A stretch of 63,726 bases of DNA, filler included, from Vannella sp. (taxonomy: Eukaryota), in the NCBI GenBank assembly GCA_023345925.1. It is 7 parts of 7 records of this genome, joined end to end, with 100 filler letters (N's around TTAATTAATTAA, not from the genome) between each part and the next. Parts side by side here need not be neighbours in the genome. Positions count along the whole stretch, not along the records: positions 15,499 to 23,253 come from JAJQQN010000941.1; positions 23,354 to 41,191 come from JAJQQN010000587.1; 5 more parts are not named here. One strand, given 5' to 3'. This document shows, piece by piece, positions 20,972 to 32,675 of this stretch (position 1 is the stretch's first letter; the number at the start of each line of letters is the position of its first letter). The notes under the pieces were generated by a model that worked only from the letters and a program-made list of their open reading frames with translations, did no database searches and had not been told where the DNA came from. A program made the position numbers and the translations under genes.

Positions 20972-21358
20972 TCATTGATTCTCAAGCACTGTGCACAAAA
21001 TCTCACCACAAATCTTGCAGCAACATTTAAAACAACGCTTTGCTGAGCAACCGCCGAACAAGCAACTCCACAAGCAGGAACGGCCTCCTTCAGGAGATTG
21101 GGGTTGGGTTTGGGGAGGGTACGTTTGACGTTCATCGGTGGATACCTTCTGATATGACTTCACGGGCACCTGGTCGGGTGTTGTCAAGTAAGCAGGTCGA
21201 TAGGGCTCAGAGTCGCCTTGCTCTTTGTCTGTTTGCACATTCAGAAACGGGCGTTTCTCCGCCTCCCTGGGAGAAGGGTTCAAATAAGCAGGCTGATACG
21301 TTCCCCGAGAAGGCCCTGAATAAGGATAAGAGGGGCTTTGTGGAGAGGCTGAGGGCAT
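20972..21358 (-). CDS. Proline-rich protein with a cysteine-rich C-terminus (CYSTM-like)
   Basis: P/Y/Q-rich body with a repeated Y.PAYL motif, ending SCLWSCLFGGC...CFKCCCKICGEILC. Start uncertain; an upstream exon near 21550-21672 is possible. Confidence 0.55.
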   Translation of the reverse strand: MPSASPQSPSYPYSGPSRGTYQPAYLNPSPREAEKRPFLNVQTDKEQGDSEPYRPAYLTTPDQVPVKSYQKVSTDERQTYPPQTQPQSPEGGRSCLWSCLFGGCSAKRCFKCCCKICGEILCTVLENQ

Positions 21359-21857
21359 CAACAGCACAAAGGGAAGCAAAAGAATGAATTTCCCATCCGT
21401 CACCTTTCCTGTTGCTCTGAAAGGCCGAGCATTTCTTCCTTCATAACTGTTACTCATAAGAAGCTCAAATGGAGTGGGCCAGGCCATAATTGAACTCATT
21501 TGCCGTTGAAAGGGAGGGCAGAGGCGGGTTTGGTGGTATTTGCGGTTTACCTTGGGTCTGTGCTCGTCTGAGGAATGGAATCGTTGCTCATTCTACTCGC
21601 AGCGGAATGGAGAGGATCCGTTGCAGGAAGTTCATTCGCCGTTGGTCCGTTGGCTTCTCTTGAAGGTTCCATTGATGGCGCTCCCCACCATTATCTACTG
21701 TAGTTCATGGCACAAGTCCATAGTGAAAACTTCATTACCCTCGCCTCACAGGATGGAGCTCTCCTTTTCGAAAGACCAAGAGTGACGAAACCATTCTCCA
21801 GGAATCGCCTTTATGAGCACTTCCTTTCCTCTTGGTATGCTTTTGTACACGAGCAGC

Positions 21858-23095
21858 TCAGTTCTCTGCTGTTGGGAAGGAGAACGAGAAGCTGATGAGA
21901 GAGAAATTGAGAAAAACATCAATTCGAGAGGAGTTCCCGCAAGTCAATAGAGCCAAAGATGTGTCTCCACCTCCATTATTAACACAAACATCTGTTAGAA
22001 TGTTGGAAGATGTCCTGGCTTGAAGAATTCCATTGCCGTTGATGCTCCAATGAGAAACGTATTCATCTCCGCCAACCGTCACAATTTCTGTCCCATTCAG
22101 GATCACCTTTGCAGGCACGCTACTTAAAGGAATGGCGTTTGTGAAGGCACCAAGGAGCAAGTTGTAAATAGCCAAGTATCGGCGTGAGGAGCCGACAACA
22201 AGCCATTCTCCCGAATCGCTCCGATCCATACACTCGATACTTCCTTGGCCTTCTGGGCGAGGGCGCTGGTCCCGCATCCTTTCTAGATACTTTTCGATTG
22301 ATTGCCATCGAATTGAAGTCACCTGATCGTCGTAGATCTCCCTTTCAACTCGCCCATCCTCTGATTGCCACATTAGACTCCGCTTTGTCCCGGTATTCTG
22401 TCCTCTTACTCCATATCCGCACATAACCATCCTCATAACCGATAGCAAAGTGCCCTCGAGCCAAGTAGACAGCTGCAGAGGCTCTGGTGAAAGGTAACAA
22501 AGCTGGAACAACCGTTTCGCTTGTGGTTGTGACTCCTCCCTCGTCTTTGGCGATTTTGAAGGAGACCAATGAACCGTCTTGTCCTATGTAGTAGAGAACT
22601 GGTCCCTCTTCCTCCTCTACGACACGCAAAAGTGAACGAATACTGACAGAAAGAGTCCAAGCAGGTTGCAGTGCTCCCTGTTGAGGCTCAGCACCTCCTT
22701 GTATGTCGTTCCATCTCCAACACTTGATCTCAGCACTCGTTGCACTTGAAGAGAGTGAGAGAGAAACACCACACTAGAGAAGCGACGTACGAAACAAGAT
22801 ACTCCGAACTAGAGAGGAGCGAAGTGGGCCCTTCAAAGTGCGCTAAGAACTGAAAGTCGCATGAATGAGCTTTAGGAAGAGTGCGAGACTGTGCACCCAA
22901 CCAATACTCCCCAGACAAGTACTTTTTCAAGGAGAACACGGCGATGCGTCCACTCGAATCCCCAGCCGCCACAAGTGACCCATCAGGTGAACAACACACC
23001 GAGTTCACTCTATGGTACTTCTTCTTCCACCCATCCACCATCCAAGTACGATAACCAACAAACGGTGAGCCCACCACCGACCTGACCGCTGTCAT
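21858..23095 (-). CDS. THOC6: THO complex subunit 6 (WD40); spliced
   Basis: SPDGSLVAAGDSSGRIAVFSL, GYEDGYVRIW, IECMDRSDSGEWLVVG and C-terminal CGNSSRIDVFLNF, matching the THOC6 pattern. Confidence 0.75.
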
Positions 23096-23253
23096 TACCC
23101 AATCAAATGATCAAAGGGGCTCCAAAACAATAAAAATGAATCCCATCATCAAAAGAGACCTTTGGGCGAGTCGTACGATCGAGGAAGGGCGTGAGGGGTT
23201 GGCGCTGTCAACCACCTCACAGAAGATCTCTGTTCTTCCCCAAGGCAAATCTC

Positions 23254-23353
23254 NNNNNNNNNNNNNNNNNNNNNNNNNNNNNNNNNNNNNNNNNNNNTTA
23301 ATTAATTAANNNNNNNNNNNNNNNNNNNNNNNNNNNNNNNNNNNNNNNNNNNN
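23254..23353. other. Artificial contig linker
   Basis: N44-TTAATTAATTAA-N44. Confidence 0.98.
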
Positions 23354-23399
23354 TCACTGAGTACTTCAACAATCCATAAAGATCGCTCCACACCTCAGA

Positions 23400-23762
23400 A
23401 GGCATTCAGGCATCGAAGAGGTCCTTCAGAACACCACCTCGCACCTGCATCAGGGTCGGTTAGAGAGCGCTGTTGGAGTGAGTGAGGCCCAATTGGTCGA
23501 AGGAGTTTTCATCAACACCCAGAAGGAACAGAACGGGAGTAACCAGGCTCCCACGCATTCCCTCCGCCGTCCGTCAAGAACGAGAGAGTGTGCATCCCCA
23601 CTCCACCTGCACCGGCTGCGGGCCATCCCAGAGGATCTCCACTGGTTGCCATTGGGTGTTCGTGATCGAGGTCACCGAAAGAGTTGTCTCAAAAGCCAAA
23701 AGGCCCCCTTCAAGGGAGAGGAGGAACGGAGCGTGTGGTGGCCGAAGGGCCCAGATGTGCAA
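23400..23762 (-). pseudogene. Degraded paralog of the RCC1-repeat gene at 13438-14523
   Basis: LSLEGGLLAF and WDGPQPVQVEWGC match the intact gene. A second block, ENSFDQLGLTHSNSAL*PTLMQV, has TAA at the Gln codon. Large internal deletion and frameshifts. Confidence 0.85.
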
Positions 23763-23820
23763 GCTTCTTGAGTTCTCCGACGCCAGTAAGGCTTTTCAGT
23801 ATCATCTCGAATCGTGAGAT

Positions 23821-23953
23821 AGTTCACGGCCCCAGTCAACCACGCCCGCTGGCCATGGCGGTTGAAAAGTGCCTCTAAATTCGATCGGGACCTTTACCAA
23901 TGAACTTTTTATGTGTTTTGGTTGAGGTACTTTTTTACCTCATTTGACCATCC
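23821..23953 (-). mobile_element. Copy of the right half of the MITE-like element
   Basis: Reverse complement of about 32429-32557, including the identical run cggttgaaaagtgcctctaaattcgatcgggacctttaccaatgaactttt. Confidence 0.8.
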
Positions 23954-24078
23954 GCAGACGATGGTTTGGTGGGTGGATCCGTAGACAAGGTTCAGGTCAG
24001 TCCTGTCCGAGACCTGAAGTCCAAAACTCCCTCGTTGGATCACGTTCCTTTCGCATTATTATTTGGGAGGGTGTTGGG

Positions 24079-26487
24079 ATGGCAACATCGATTGCCACTA
24101 CCGTCCTGCGCGAGTGGAAAGGTACGGATGAGTCTCTGGTGCGAATAGAGGGTTGTTGAAGAAGTGTAGAGTTTGATCTGGAAGGGAGGCGCAACAACCT
24201 CGACTCGCAAGCGGCGACCATCACAGAAGTTCAAGAAGAGAGCATTTCCTCTCGCAAACAGCTTGCTGTTACCACACGCGGTGAGTGAACTACTCAAGGG
24301 TTGCTCAGAAGGGCCTAACTTTGAGGGAAGAGTTCAAAAAGATGTCAGCCGAGGAGAAGCTTCGCGGTGTGGGAGCTTTACTGAAGGTCTATCAGCAAGA
24401 AATCGACAGCCTAACAAAGAGGTGTAAAGGAGCCGAGGTAAGTCCCTCTCATGAGCTTCCCATCTCTGGGAAACGTTGATTGACTTCCCTAGGGGGCCTT
24501 CCTGGGTCTCTACGCCTCGCTACAAAGTCTGACCGACCCCTGTATCGGTCTCAAGACCGCCATGGTAGGAAAGAACATCTTAAACATTGACCTGCCCCTG
24601 ACTATGAAGCAGGAGGAGTCGCAGAAGAGTTCAGCCGCGGGGAAACTTGAACTGGAGAACAAGAGCTTACGCTCCCAACTGGACGAGTACCAAGAGGAGT
24701 TCAGAGGGATCAAGAACCAAGAGGTGACTATCCGCCGACTGGAGGACAAGATCAAAGAGTACGATACCCGAATGGAGTCTCTTGTGCAGGAACAAGTGCA
24801 GCAAACGGAAGTCACTCTTCGCGAGGAGAGTGAAACTGTCCTGATGCAGATGAAAGAGAGGTCAGGGCACTCTTGATAGCATTCTCAGTGGACTAACAGC
24901 TCCGCAGGGAGGAGAATCTGCTTCATCAACTACAGCAGACGAAGATGGAGCTCACCCGCACGGTCACTCAGAACTCAGAGTTGCAGAACCAGCTCATAGG
25001 CGACAAGGGTTACTTCAGTAAGGGTCTTCTTCCAAGTCACTCCCCTTTCTGAGAGTATCCAGGCGAGAAGCTCGAGGCCAAGCAAGATGAATTGGAGTAC
25101 ATGGCAGAAGAGATCAATAGGGCCAACTCTGAAGCAGAACGACTCAAGCGAGACTTAGGAAGAGCTCGCAAAGAGATGGAAGATCTTGTTAGTGGAGCCA
25201 AGAACGAACAAAGCGAGCTGCAAATCACGCAATTGGAGTCACGAATTCTACAACAAGACGCAGAGATGGTTAACTTGAGAGAGCAATTGGTCCAACTCAA
25301 AGAGACACTTGAAACCCAAAAGTCTCTCACTCAAAAGCAGATTGTTCAGCTGCAGAATGATCTCCGTCTTGAGGTGCGGTTTGTGGATCCGCTTTTAATG
25401 TCTCTCACACTTATTGCAGAAAGATGGGCGTGCTAAGATTGCTGGGCAGTTAGCAGAGGCTCCTTCTCGGGAAAAGTTTGAAGCACTCTTGAAGAAGGTG
25501 GAGATCTTGAAAGGCATTGAAGGGCTTCATACTGCAGCAGACGATGCCTCTTCCTCCATTGAAAATCTTGTGCAACAAAAGAACCGGCGCTTGGAGACCC
25601 AATTGGTCCAACTCAAAGAGGCACAAGTCATCAAAGAAAAGGCTGCAGACGAGCTTCAAGTCCAAGTGGATACTCTCACAGAGCGGGTTAAACAGCAGAA
25701 GGCTCTGATTAAGAAACTAGAAGAGGATGTTCTTCAGAGCTATTCAGGCTCCTCTGGTTTTGATGATAACATCCCGCCCCCTCCCGGAAGCAATTCAATC
25801 GCCTCGGCGCTTCCAAGAACAGACTCAATGTTGAAGATTGTCTGTTCTCAGAGAGACCGTGTTCAATCGAAGCTTCAAAAGGTAGAAGCGGTAAGTGTAT
25901 TCGGAATGCCAGAATCTGCTCTGATGAATAACATGAATATGTCAGAGCAAAGAAGATCTTCAACAGAAGGTGCAATCGTTGGGAATTGAGCTCTCTTCAT
26001 TGCGGTCAGATAACGTCAAACTGTATCAAAAGATTCAGTACCTCGAGAGCTACAACGCTAAGAGGCGCCCTGATGTATGTGATACAAAGGCGTATGCGAT
26101 ACGGGTCTGACCAAATGGAAAGTCAGCAGGACGGGACTTGGAAACAGGGCAAGTCGAGACCAAGTACAAAGGTCTTTATGAGGAGACCGTCAATCCCTTC
26201 TCCGATTTCAACCGCAAAGTGAGCACAAACATCCATCTATTTCTTCAGTTGGGCTCATAAGGGGCCCGCAGGAACGCCACTCGAGGTTTACCCAATTGAA
26301 TGCGGCAGAACGTGTCACACTAACGATGGGAGACTTCTTCCTCTCCAGCAAGTCCTCCCGCCTATTCATCCTCATCTACACAGTGATCCTCCATCTCTTC
26401 ATCTTCATCCTGATGTACAAATTTGCTCAACTCCCTTCCCTCTGTCCGGAGCTTCCCGTCCGCGCAGTTTCCTCCCACTTTGAATAA
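24079..26487 (+). CDS. CASP: Golgin CASP/Coy1 (CUX1 N-terminal + CASP C-terminal domains); spliced
   Basis: LLKVYQQEIDSLTKR, IKNQEVTIRRLE, MLKIVCSQRDR, DNVKLYQKIQYL and a C-terminal TM with YTVILHLFIF. Many short GT-AG introns. Confidence 0.9.
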
Positions 26488-26590
26488 TCCCGTCCCAACG
26501 CCAATTAAACGCTTCGTTATTACCACAAATTAAATTATTTTTCACATTTGGCGTGTGAAAAGGGAAGACTTGACCAGATCGTTTGCTTCC

Positions 26591-28395
26591 ATGCTTCGTT
26601 GCACGGTCTCTCGCGCTTCCCAGCTTTGTGGACGGGTTCCAGCTGCTAAGACCTTGGTATCTGTTGAGAGTAACTCTCTGCGGGGTGCGGCTACTCGCCG
26701 ATTTGCAGGTGCAGCCACCACTGGCGTCCTGGCGACTCGTGTTCTGCCGGTGGGTTGGCGCTTCCTCTGTTGGTGGTCAATCATAACATGGGTTCTTAGG
26801 CCTCAGCAATCACATCGATCCCTTTCTTCTCAGGTACATGTCCTCGCTGTTACAGCTATTTTGGCCAGTTCTCTCACAGTGTCTTCTAGGATCCTCATTC
26901 CGCCGCTTTGCCTCGAACCCAAGTGATTGTGAGTGAACGAAACACCTTCGCACATTCTATCCACTGTCTTCTGATGCCCTACTTCTCACAGTCCCCTCTC
27001 ATGTGCCCCTGGAGATGCCTGCGCTCTCTCCTACGATGACAACTGGTAACCTGGTTCGATGGTTGAAGAAGAAGGGCGATCAAGTGTCTGTTGGAGATGC
27101 TTTGGCTGAGATGGAGACCGACAAGGCAACCGTGAGCTGGGACTCCATGGACGATGGTACGCCCTCCCATCACACGCAGAGCGCCAAGTAATAGCAGAAT
27201 AGGTTACTTTGTGAAGGGCTTCGTTGAGGACGGTGCCGAGGATGTGCCTGTTGGCCAAGTTGTGGCCCTTCTGGCTGAAGAGCAGGGGGACTGCGACAAG
27301 TTCGATGGCTATGAGCCCCCTGCTGCAGGAGAGGCTCCACAGAAGCAGGAAAAGAAACCAGAAGCTTCAAAGAAGAGTGAGGAGAAGCCTGCTCCCAAGA
27401 AAGAGGCCGCTCCCAAGAAGGAGGCCGCTCCCAAGGAAGTCCCCATGCAGAAGCGCGCTGGGGACCGCATCTTTGCCAGCCCTGCTGCTCGCAAGCTCGC
27501 CTCTGCTAACGGATTCAACCTGGCGGATCTCACAGGAACAGGCCCTAACGGGCGCATCGTCATCAAAGATGTGGAAAGATACGAGGCCAAGAGTGAAAGT
27601 GCTCCTCAGAGCGTGCGTGCTTCTGAGAGCACGACAGCCGCTCCTGGACTTGCCTCTGTCGATTATGAGGACATTCCCAACAGCAAGATCCGCAAGGTTA
27701 TTGCTCAACGGTTGACTGAGTCCAAGCAGACTATTCCTCACTACTACCTCACCATTGAACTCTGTGTTGACAAGCTCCAAGAGTATGTAGCCCCTCCTTC
27801 TGAAGTCTCCTTCTGCTAACTTGTAAGCAGGATCCGCCAACAACTCAATGATCGCGCTCAGGGCAAGTACAAGCTGTCAGTCAACGACTTTGTGATCAAA
27901 GCGTCGGCGATGGCCTTGAGGAAGGTGCCTGAAGTCAACTCCACTTGGAATGAGAAGGCTATTCGTCGTTTCCACAGCGTCAACATCAACGTGGCTGTCA
28001 ACTCTGATATCGGCTTGTTCACCCCTCTGGTGGCCAACACAGACAACAAGGGCCTCGTTGACATCTCTGGAGCCGTTCGTTCTCTCGCTGGAAAGGCGAA
28101 GGAGGGCAAGCTCACTCCCGAGGAGCTCCAGATTGGCACTTTCACGATCTCCAACCTGGGCATGTTCGGCATCAAGCACTTTGCTGCTGTGATTAACCCC
28201 CCTCAAGCCTGCATCTTAGCTGTTGGTGGTATTGAGACCCGCGTTGTCTCAGACGGAGCCCAAGGCTGGAAGGAAGCCAACTTCATGAGTTGCACTCTTA
28301 GCTGCGACCATCGCGTGGTCGATGGTGCTTTAGGTGCCACTTGGCTGAAGGAGTTCAAAGCACGTATGGAAGACCCCATCACTCTCTTGTTGTAA
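26591..28395 (+). CDS. DLAT: Pyruvate dehydrogenase E2, dihydrolipoamide acetyltransferase; spliced
   Basis: Mitochondrial presequence, MPALSPTM, lipoyl ETDKAT, E3-binding ASPAARKLA...GTGPNGRI and catalytic DHRVVDGA. Confidence 0.96.
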
Positions 28396-28488
28396 TCGAG
28401 CCAGTCCTTAAGGTCGGCTGACATAAAACAACCTTTCATTCACTTTTGGTCGATTGTATGGTACAGGGAGGATGGTCTTGCGCAGTGA

Positions 28489-28731
28489 CTAGTTGATAGT
28501 AGAGTACTCTCCCAAGAAGGTTTCTTTCGCTCGCTCTTGCGACTTCTGCACTTCACCAGCCAGATGGTAGCCAACCAGACCGACAAGGACCAGCGCACTC
28601 AACGTTGCGATGGTTGCTGGAACCACAAAGAAAACCGTCTGTCTTGTTGTATCGATTGGCTTCTCCAAGTCCTCCGTGTGAGCTCCCCAACAAAGCTGAA
28701 CCACCAACAAGAGAGCGACCACCGCCTTCAT
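28489..28731 (-). CDS. Small type I membrane protein (80 aa)
   Basis: Signal peptide MKAVVALLLVVQLCWG, one TM helix, and a cytosolic tail ending YSTIN (YxxPhi-like). Confidence 0.6.
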   Translation of the reverse strand: MKAVVALLLVVQLCWGAHTEDLEKPIDTTRQTVFFVVPATIATLSALVLVGLVGYHLAGEVQKSQERAKETFLGEYSTIN

Positions 28732-28802
28732 TCCAACACTGACAAAGAATGATTTCTACGCCAGTGGGAGGGCTTCCCTATGCTCATTTTAGTGGGGAGT
28801 GA

Positions 28803-29708
28803 ATGGCAGCAACATGCCCGCCGGTCTGTCCAGCGGAGTTTCGAGGGGTGTTGGGACCTGAGGAGCTGTACATAGCCCACTTCTCTGTAGCAGATACTAG
28901 CGCACCAGAGTGCTTGGTTTCGGACCAAACGTTGATCCTGTGTGACATCAGCCATGCTTTACGATGGAAGCAAGCTTGGCTTGAGGTTCATCAGGTGTCT
29001 CCAGAAGGGGAACTCAAGATCAAAGTGTTCTTTGAGCAACAGAAGGCCAATGTTAAGATGCCTATTGCAGAGCGGCTCATCACCTTCCAAACGCGCAAGC
29101 AGCGCGACCTCTACTTGACCGTTATGCGGCGCCTTTGCCGTGATTCCTGGCAATCTTTCTTCGAATGTAGGTCTTTGAGATATGTTAGAGCGTAGACTCA
29201 CTCACTGTTGCAGCCAAGTGGATGAATGCACCTGAAGTCTATCAGGTTCATCGTGCTTGCCTTCGTTACAGCATCAAAGGGAAGCGTACGTCTTGTATCC
29301 TCGCTCTATCAACGACCAAGATGTATCTCCTCAACCCAGATGTCAAGAACCTCATGGTAGCTCGAGAGATTGCAGGAACCTGCACCCTGAAAGAGGTCGA
29401 ATCCTACGCCATTCACACTAACTGTGATACTCTGATCACCATAGTCGCTGGGAGCTCTCTAACAGGAGGAACAGGCAAGATCAAAGTGGACATAATGATT
29501 CGTTTCTTCAATACGGACGATTGCCAGTGGTTGTAAGTGTTTCCTCTCCCCTTTGGCCTCGCATTCTCAAGTCCTCTTCAGTTTATCAGAGTTCTGCCGC
29601 TTAGTCTGCTTGAATACCAAGAGCATACCAACCAAGCATACACGAACCCTCAACAAAGCCGGATCTGTGAAGGAAGGCATCAAAGCAGGCTTTGTTCAGG
29701 TCCGCTAA
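28803..29708 (+). CDS. Hypothetical protein, possibly tandem PH-like folds; spliced
   Basis: Exons joined by GT-AG introns (about 29168-29213 and 29532-29581). ILALSTTKMYLL strand and terminal helices are PH-like. Confidence 0.5.
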
Positions 29709-29877
29709 ATTCCTCCACATTCCAACATGAATAGAGTTTGTTATTGTTACATGCGATTAGGGTGTCAGTGAAGATTAGAGGGAGCAGAAGAGGTGGGATT
29801 GACATCGAGAAGTATCTAGATATTTTGTTGTGTAGCAGGAGAGCTAACTTTGGGGCTCATTCTTTTACTGTTCTCTC

Positions 29878-31519
29878 ATGAACTACGCCATAAGAGATCT
29901 CTCGCCTGTCTTGACTGATGCTATTGTCTCTGGTCTGGTGGTGAACAAGTCTCCCATCCGGAGCTTTGATGGGAGAGGTACGTTTCGTTCGACTTGTGAT
30001 ATCACGGAAGTAACCGCTCTCTCAGATGGGTCGAAGAGGGAGGTCTTCTCTTTCACTCTCCAGGATGGAAACGAGTCTATCAAGTGCTCCTGCTGGGGTG
30101 GAATGGTCATCCATGCGAACTGCTTTGGCGTGGGAGATCTGGTGCAGGTTGAATACCCCGATGTCAAGGTTAGTTCAACCCCCGTCTATCCGTTACTCAG
30201 AGTCCCTTAGTCGAAAAAAATCGATCGGTTTGCATCGTCCACCTCATCTGACTACGAAGTCCATCTTGGAGAGCGCAACTCGAACTCCAACATTCGACTC
30301 ATTGTCCAAAGTCGTGAGCAGACGGATTATTTGTTCCGCCCAATCAATCCATTGATCACTCAGTTCCAATCCATGGAGAGCTTGGAAGGACAGACGGTCA
30401 ACATCTGTGGTGCTGTTGGCAAAGTGTGTGCTAAGCAAACCATCCACCGGCGTAACGGAGAGGAGGTGTCCAGGGTGAACGTTAAGCTCTTCGACAGAAC
30501 TGGAGAACTAACTGTGGCTCTGTAAGTTGAAGAATGAGGAATGGGAAAAGAAGCTCACTTTCGGACAGGTGGGGTGAATTGGACTCCATAATCCCTTCTC
30601 TGGATGAGGGAAAGACCAGTTAGTATTCAATTCAGAAGAAGAGGAGATTCTAATGTTAGTCAGCCCTCTACATCTCCGACGTTACTGTTTCCAGATTCAA
30701 GGGAACTCTTCAAGGCTCCACTGGATTCTCTAGTGCCATTATTGTGCAACCAGCCATGCCTTACGCCAACGTAAGATTCAGCAATCGATCCCTTTTGAAG
30801 ACTAACAAAGTTATCAGGAGTTGTCTCAGTGGATCAGAACTCCAGAACAGAACCGAAAGATTACCGAGTTCTTCTCCAAACAGGTTGCTCCAACAGTGCA
30901 AGGTTGGTTCCATGCTCAAGGAGATAAGATGAATGACTGAGTCAGATAGTTCGACCTTTGGACATCCATTCTTCCTACCAAATAGGAAAAATGAGCGAAG
31001 TCGTGCTCGCATCTACTTCAGAGTGCTTCGGCTTCTTTGTAGCTTCTATCCTACATATCGACATCATCTCCGCTATGTTCGAAGGCTGCCAGGGCTGCCG
31101 GAAGAAGTTAGGAGACAGAGGTCGGTTCTCATGTGAGTGCAAAAGCCTCAAGTCAGAATGGTTCTAGTAGGTCTTTATGAGGAGATCCGCCAAACGACTA
31201 ACTCTGCGCAGCATGGTGGATGTAGAGTTCATTGATTCCTCTGGGTCAATCAAGGGTCTCCGACTCTTCGATGGAATCGCTGTCGCTCTCATTGGTCACA
31301 AGGCGAACGACTTCAAAGCACTCTCAGAGAGAGAGCAACAACTTGTTCAGGAACAGCTCCGTTGGAAGCTGTGTAAAGTCTACTTCCAAGTAAGACCTTT
31401 CTGTTCTAGAACCGGCTGCCTATTAACCACCGATCCAGATGAGTTTGGGAGCCAATGGAAAGGCTAAATACCGGGTCCTTGATTGCTCATTGACCAGCTC
31501 CGTCCTCACCGAGGAGTAA
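29878..31519 (+). CDS. MEIOB: Meiosis-specific OB-fold protein; spliced
   Basis: RDLSP...VSGLVVNKSPIRSF...REVFSFTLQD...IKCSCWG, VNICGAVGKV, VKLFDRT and DVEFIDSSGSI follow the three-OB MEIOB layout. Confidence 0.8.
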
Positions 31520-31652
31520 ATGAAAATCAACAGTGGCTGCCTTTTACACGTATTTCATTTACATCTAATCGAATTGGCAAATGGTGATTGGTCAGCCAGT
31601 CCTCTATTTAAATTCTTTTGTTCTCCTGCTGGGCGTTGGGGCTTGCTCGCTC

Positions 31653-32267
31653 ATGGACCTCCTTCCTCCTGAGTATGACCATAGTTTCAAGATTTGGGTT
31701 CTGGGGGACTACGGAGCCGGCAAAACCAGCCTGGTTAGCCGACTCATAAGTGACACCTTCTCAGAAAACTGCAACTTCACTATCAGCCACGACTTTCGTC
31801 TCAAAACCATAGAGTTGGGTGCAGTGCGGGTCCGTTTACAGCTTTGGGAGAGCGGAGGTCAACCAAGGTTCAGAGAACCGATTTACTCCGGAAGGATTAA
31901 ATCATTAACAAGAGGAACGCATGGCCTGTTGGTGGTGTATGACGTGACGGACCAAGCCTCCTTTGACGACGTTAAAGAATGGCTGTCATGTTTTAGGAAC
32001 TATCGCGCATGTGGTCCAGAGGTGGTTGTAATGCTGATTGGGAACAAACGTGACTTGATCACAGAAAGGGTTGTTGAGTACAGTACCGCCAAAGAGTTTG
32101 CTGACAAGCTTGGAGTACCCATCTTAGAGACCTCCGCAAAATGCTGTAATGACATCGATGGTGCCATCTGTCTCATGACTTCCCTGATACTAGAGAAGGA
32201 GCTGGAGAACAAAAATTGCGCAACCGTGGTGACAAGGGACCCTAAGAAGGGTTGTTACGTTACTTAA
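31653..32267 (+). CDS. Divergent Rab1-like small GTPase, intronless
   Basis: PEYDHSFKI, GDYGAGKT, WESGGQPRF, VYDVTD, GNKRD, ETSAK; C-terminal CYVT. Confidence 0.9.
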   Translation: MDLLPPEYDHSFKIWVLGDYGAGKTSLVSRLISDTFSENCNFTISHDFRLKTIELGAVRVRLQLWESGGQPRFREPIYSGRIKSLTRGTHGLLVVYDVTDQASFDDVKEWLSCFRNYRACGPEVVVMLIGNKRDLITERVVEYSTAKEFADKLGVPILETSAKCCNDIDGAICLMTSLILEKELENKNCATVVTRDPKKGCYVT

Positions 32268-32345
32268 TCACAAAAAAATACATAAAGCAGCATGTTGAGA
32301 CTCTCAACCTTTCAAGAACAGCCCGCACAAAATGATGGTCAACGG

Positions 32346-32557
32346 AAAGTGCTTCTAAATTCGACTGGCATAAATGCTAATGATGATTTTATGTGTTTTT
32401 AAGAGGGCAACTTTTCCATCGCTTGATAGGATGTTCAAATGAGCCCCAAAAAGCACCTCGACCAAAACACATGAAAAGTTCATTGGTAAAGGTCCCGATC
32501 GAATTTAGAGGCACTTTTCAACCGTGGCAGCGGACGTGGCTTTGTGGGGCCTGAACT
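32346..32557. mobile_element. MITE-like palindromic element
   Basis: 19-bp inverted repeats with 1 mismatch (32346-32364 and 32499-32517) plus internal imperfect symmetry (ttttatgtgtttt / aaaacacatgaaaa). Dispersed partial copies at 2393, 18768 and 23821. Confidence 0.75.
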
Positions 32558-32675
32558 CTCTCCACTCGTGACTTCTCTCGGAAGGCAAAGAAAAAGCACC
32601 TTCTTGCTTTGAGGTGCGCAGCTTTGAAACGGGCCAGTTTCGGTCATTCTTGGAGCCGGCTTGAGGGTGAGAAGA

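Noticed and set aside
23455..23470. TAA aligned to Gln (also possibly at 55497), suggesting stop-codon reassignment
   Set aside because: TAA, TAG and TGA all terminate conserved genes here (H2B TAA, SDHA TAG, THOC6 TGA) and long ORFs have no internal stops. A C-to-T change in a pseudogene explains it.
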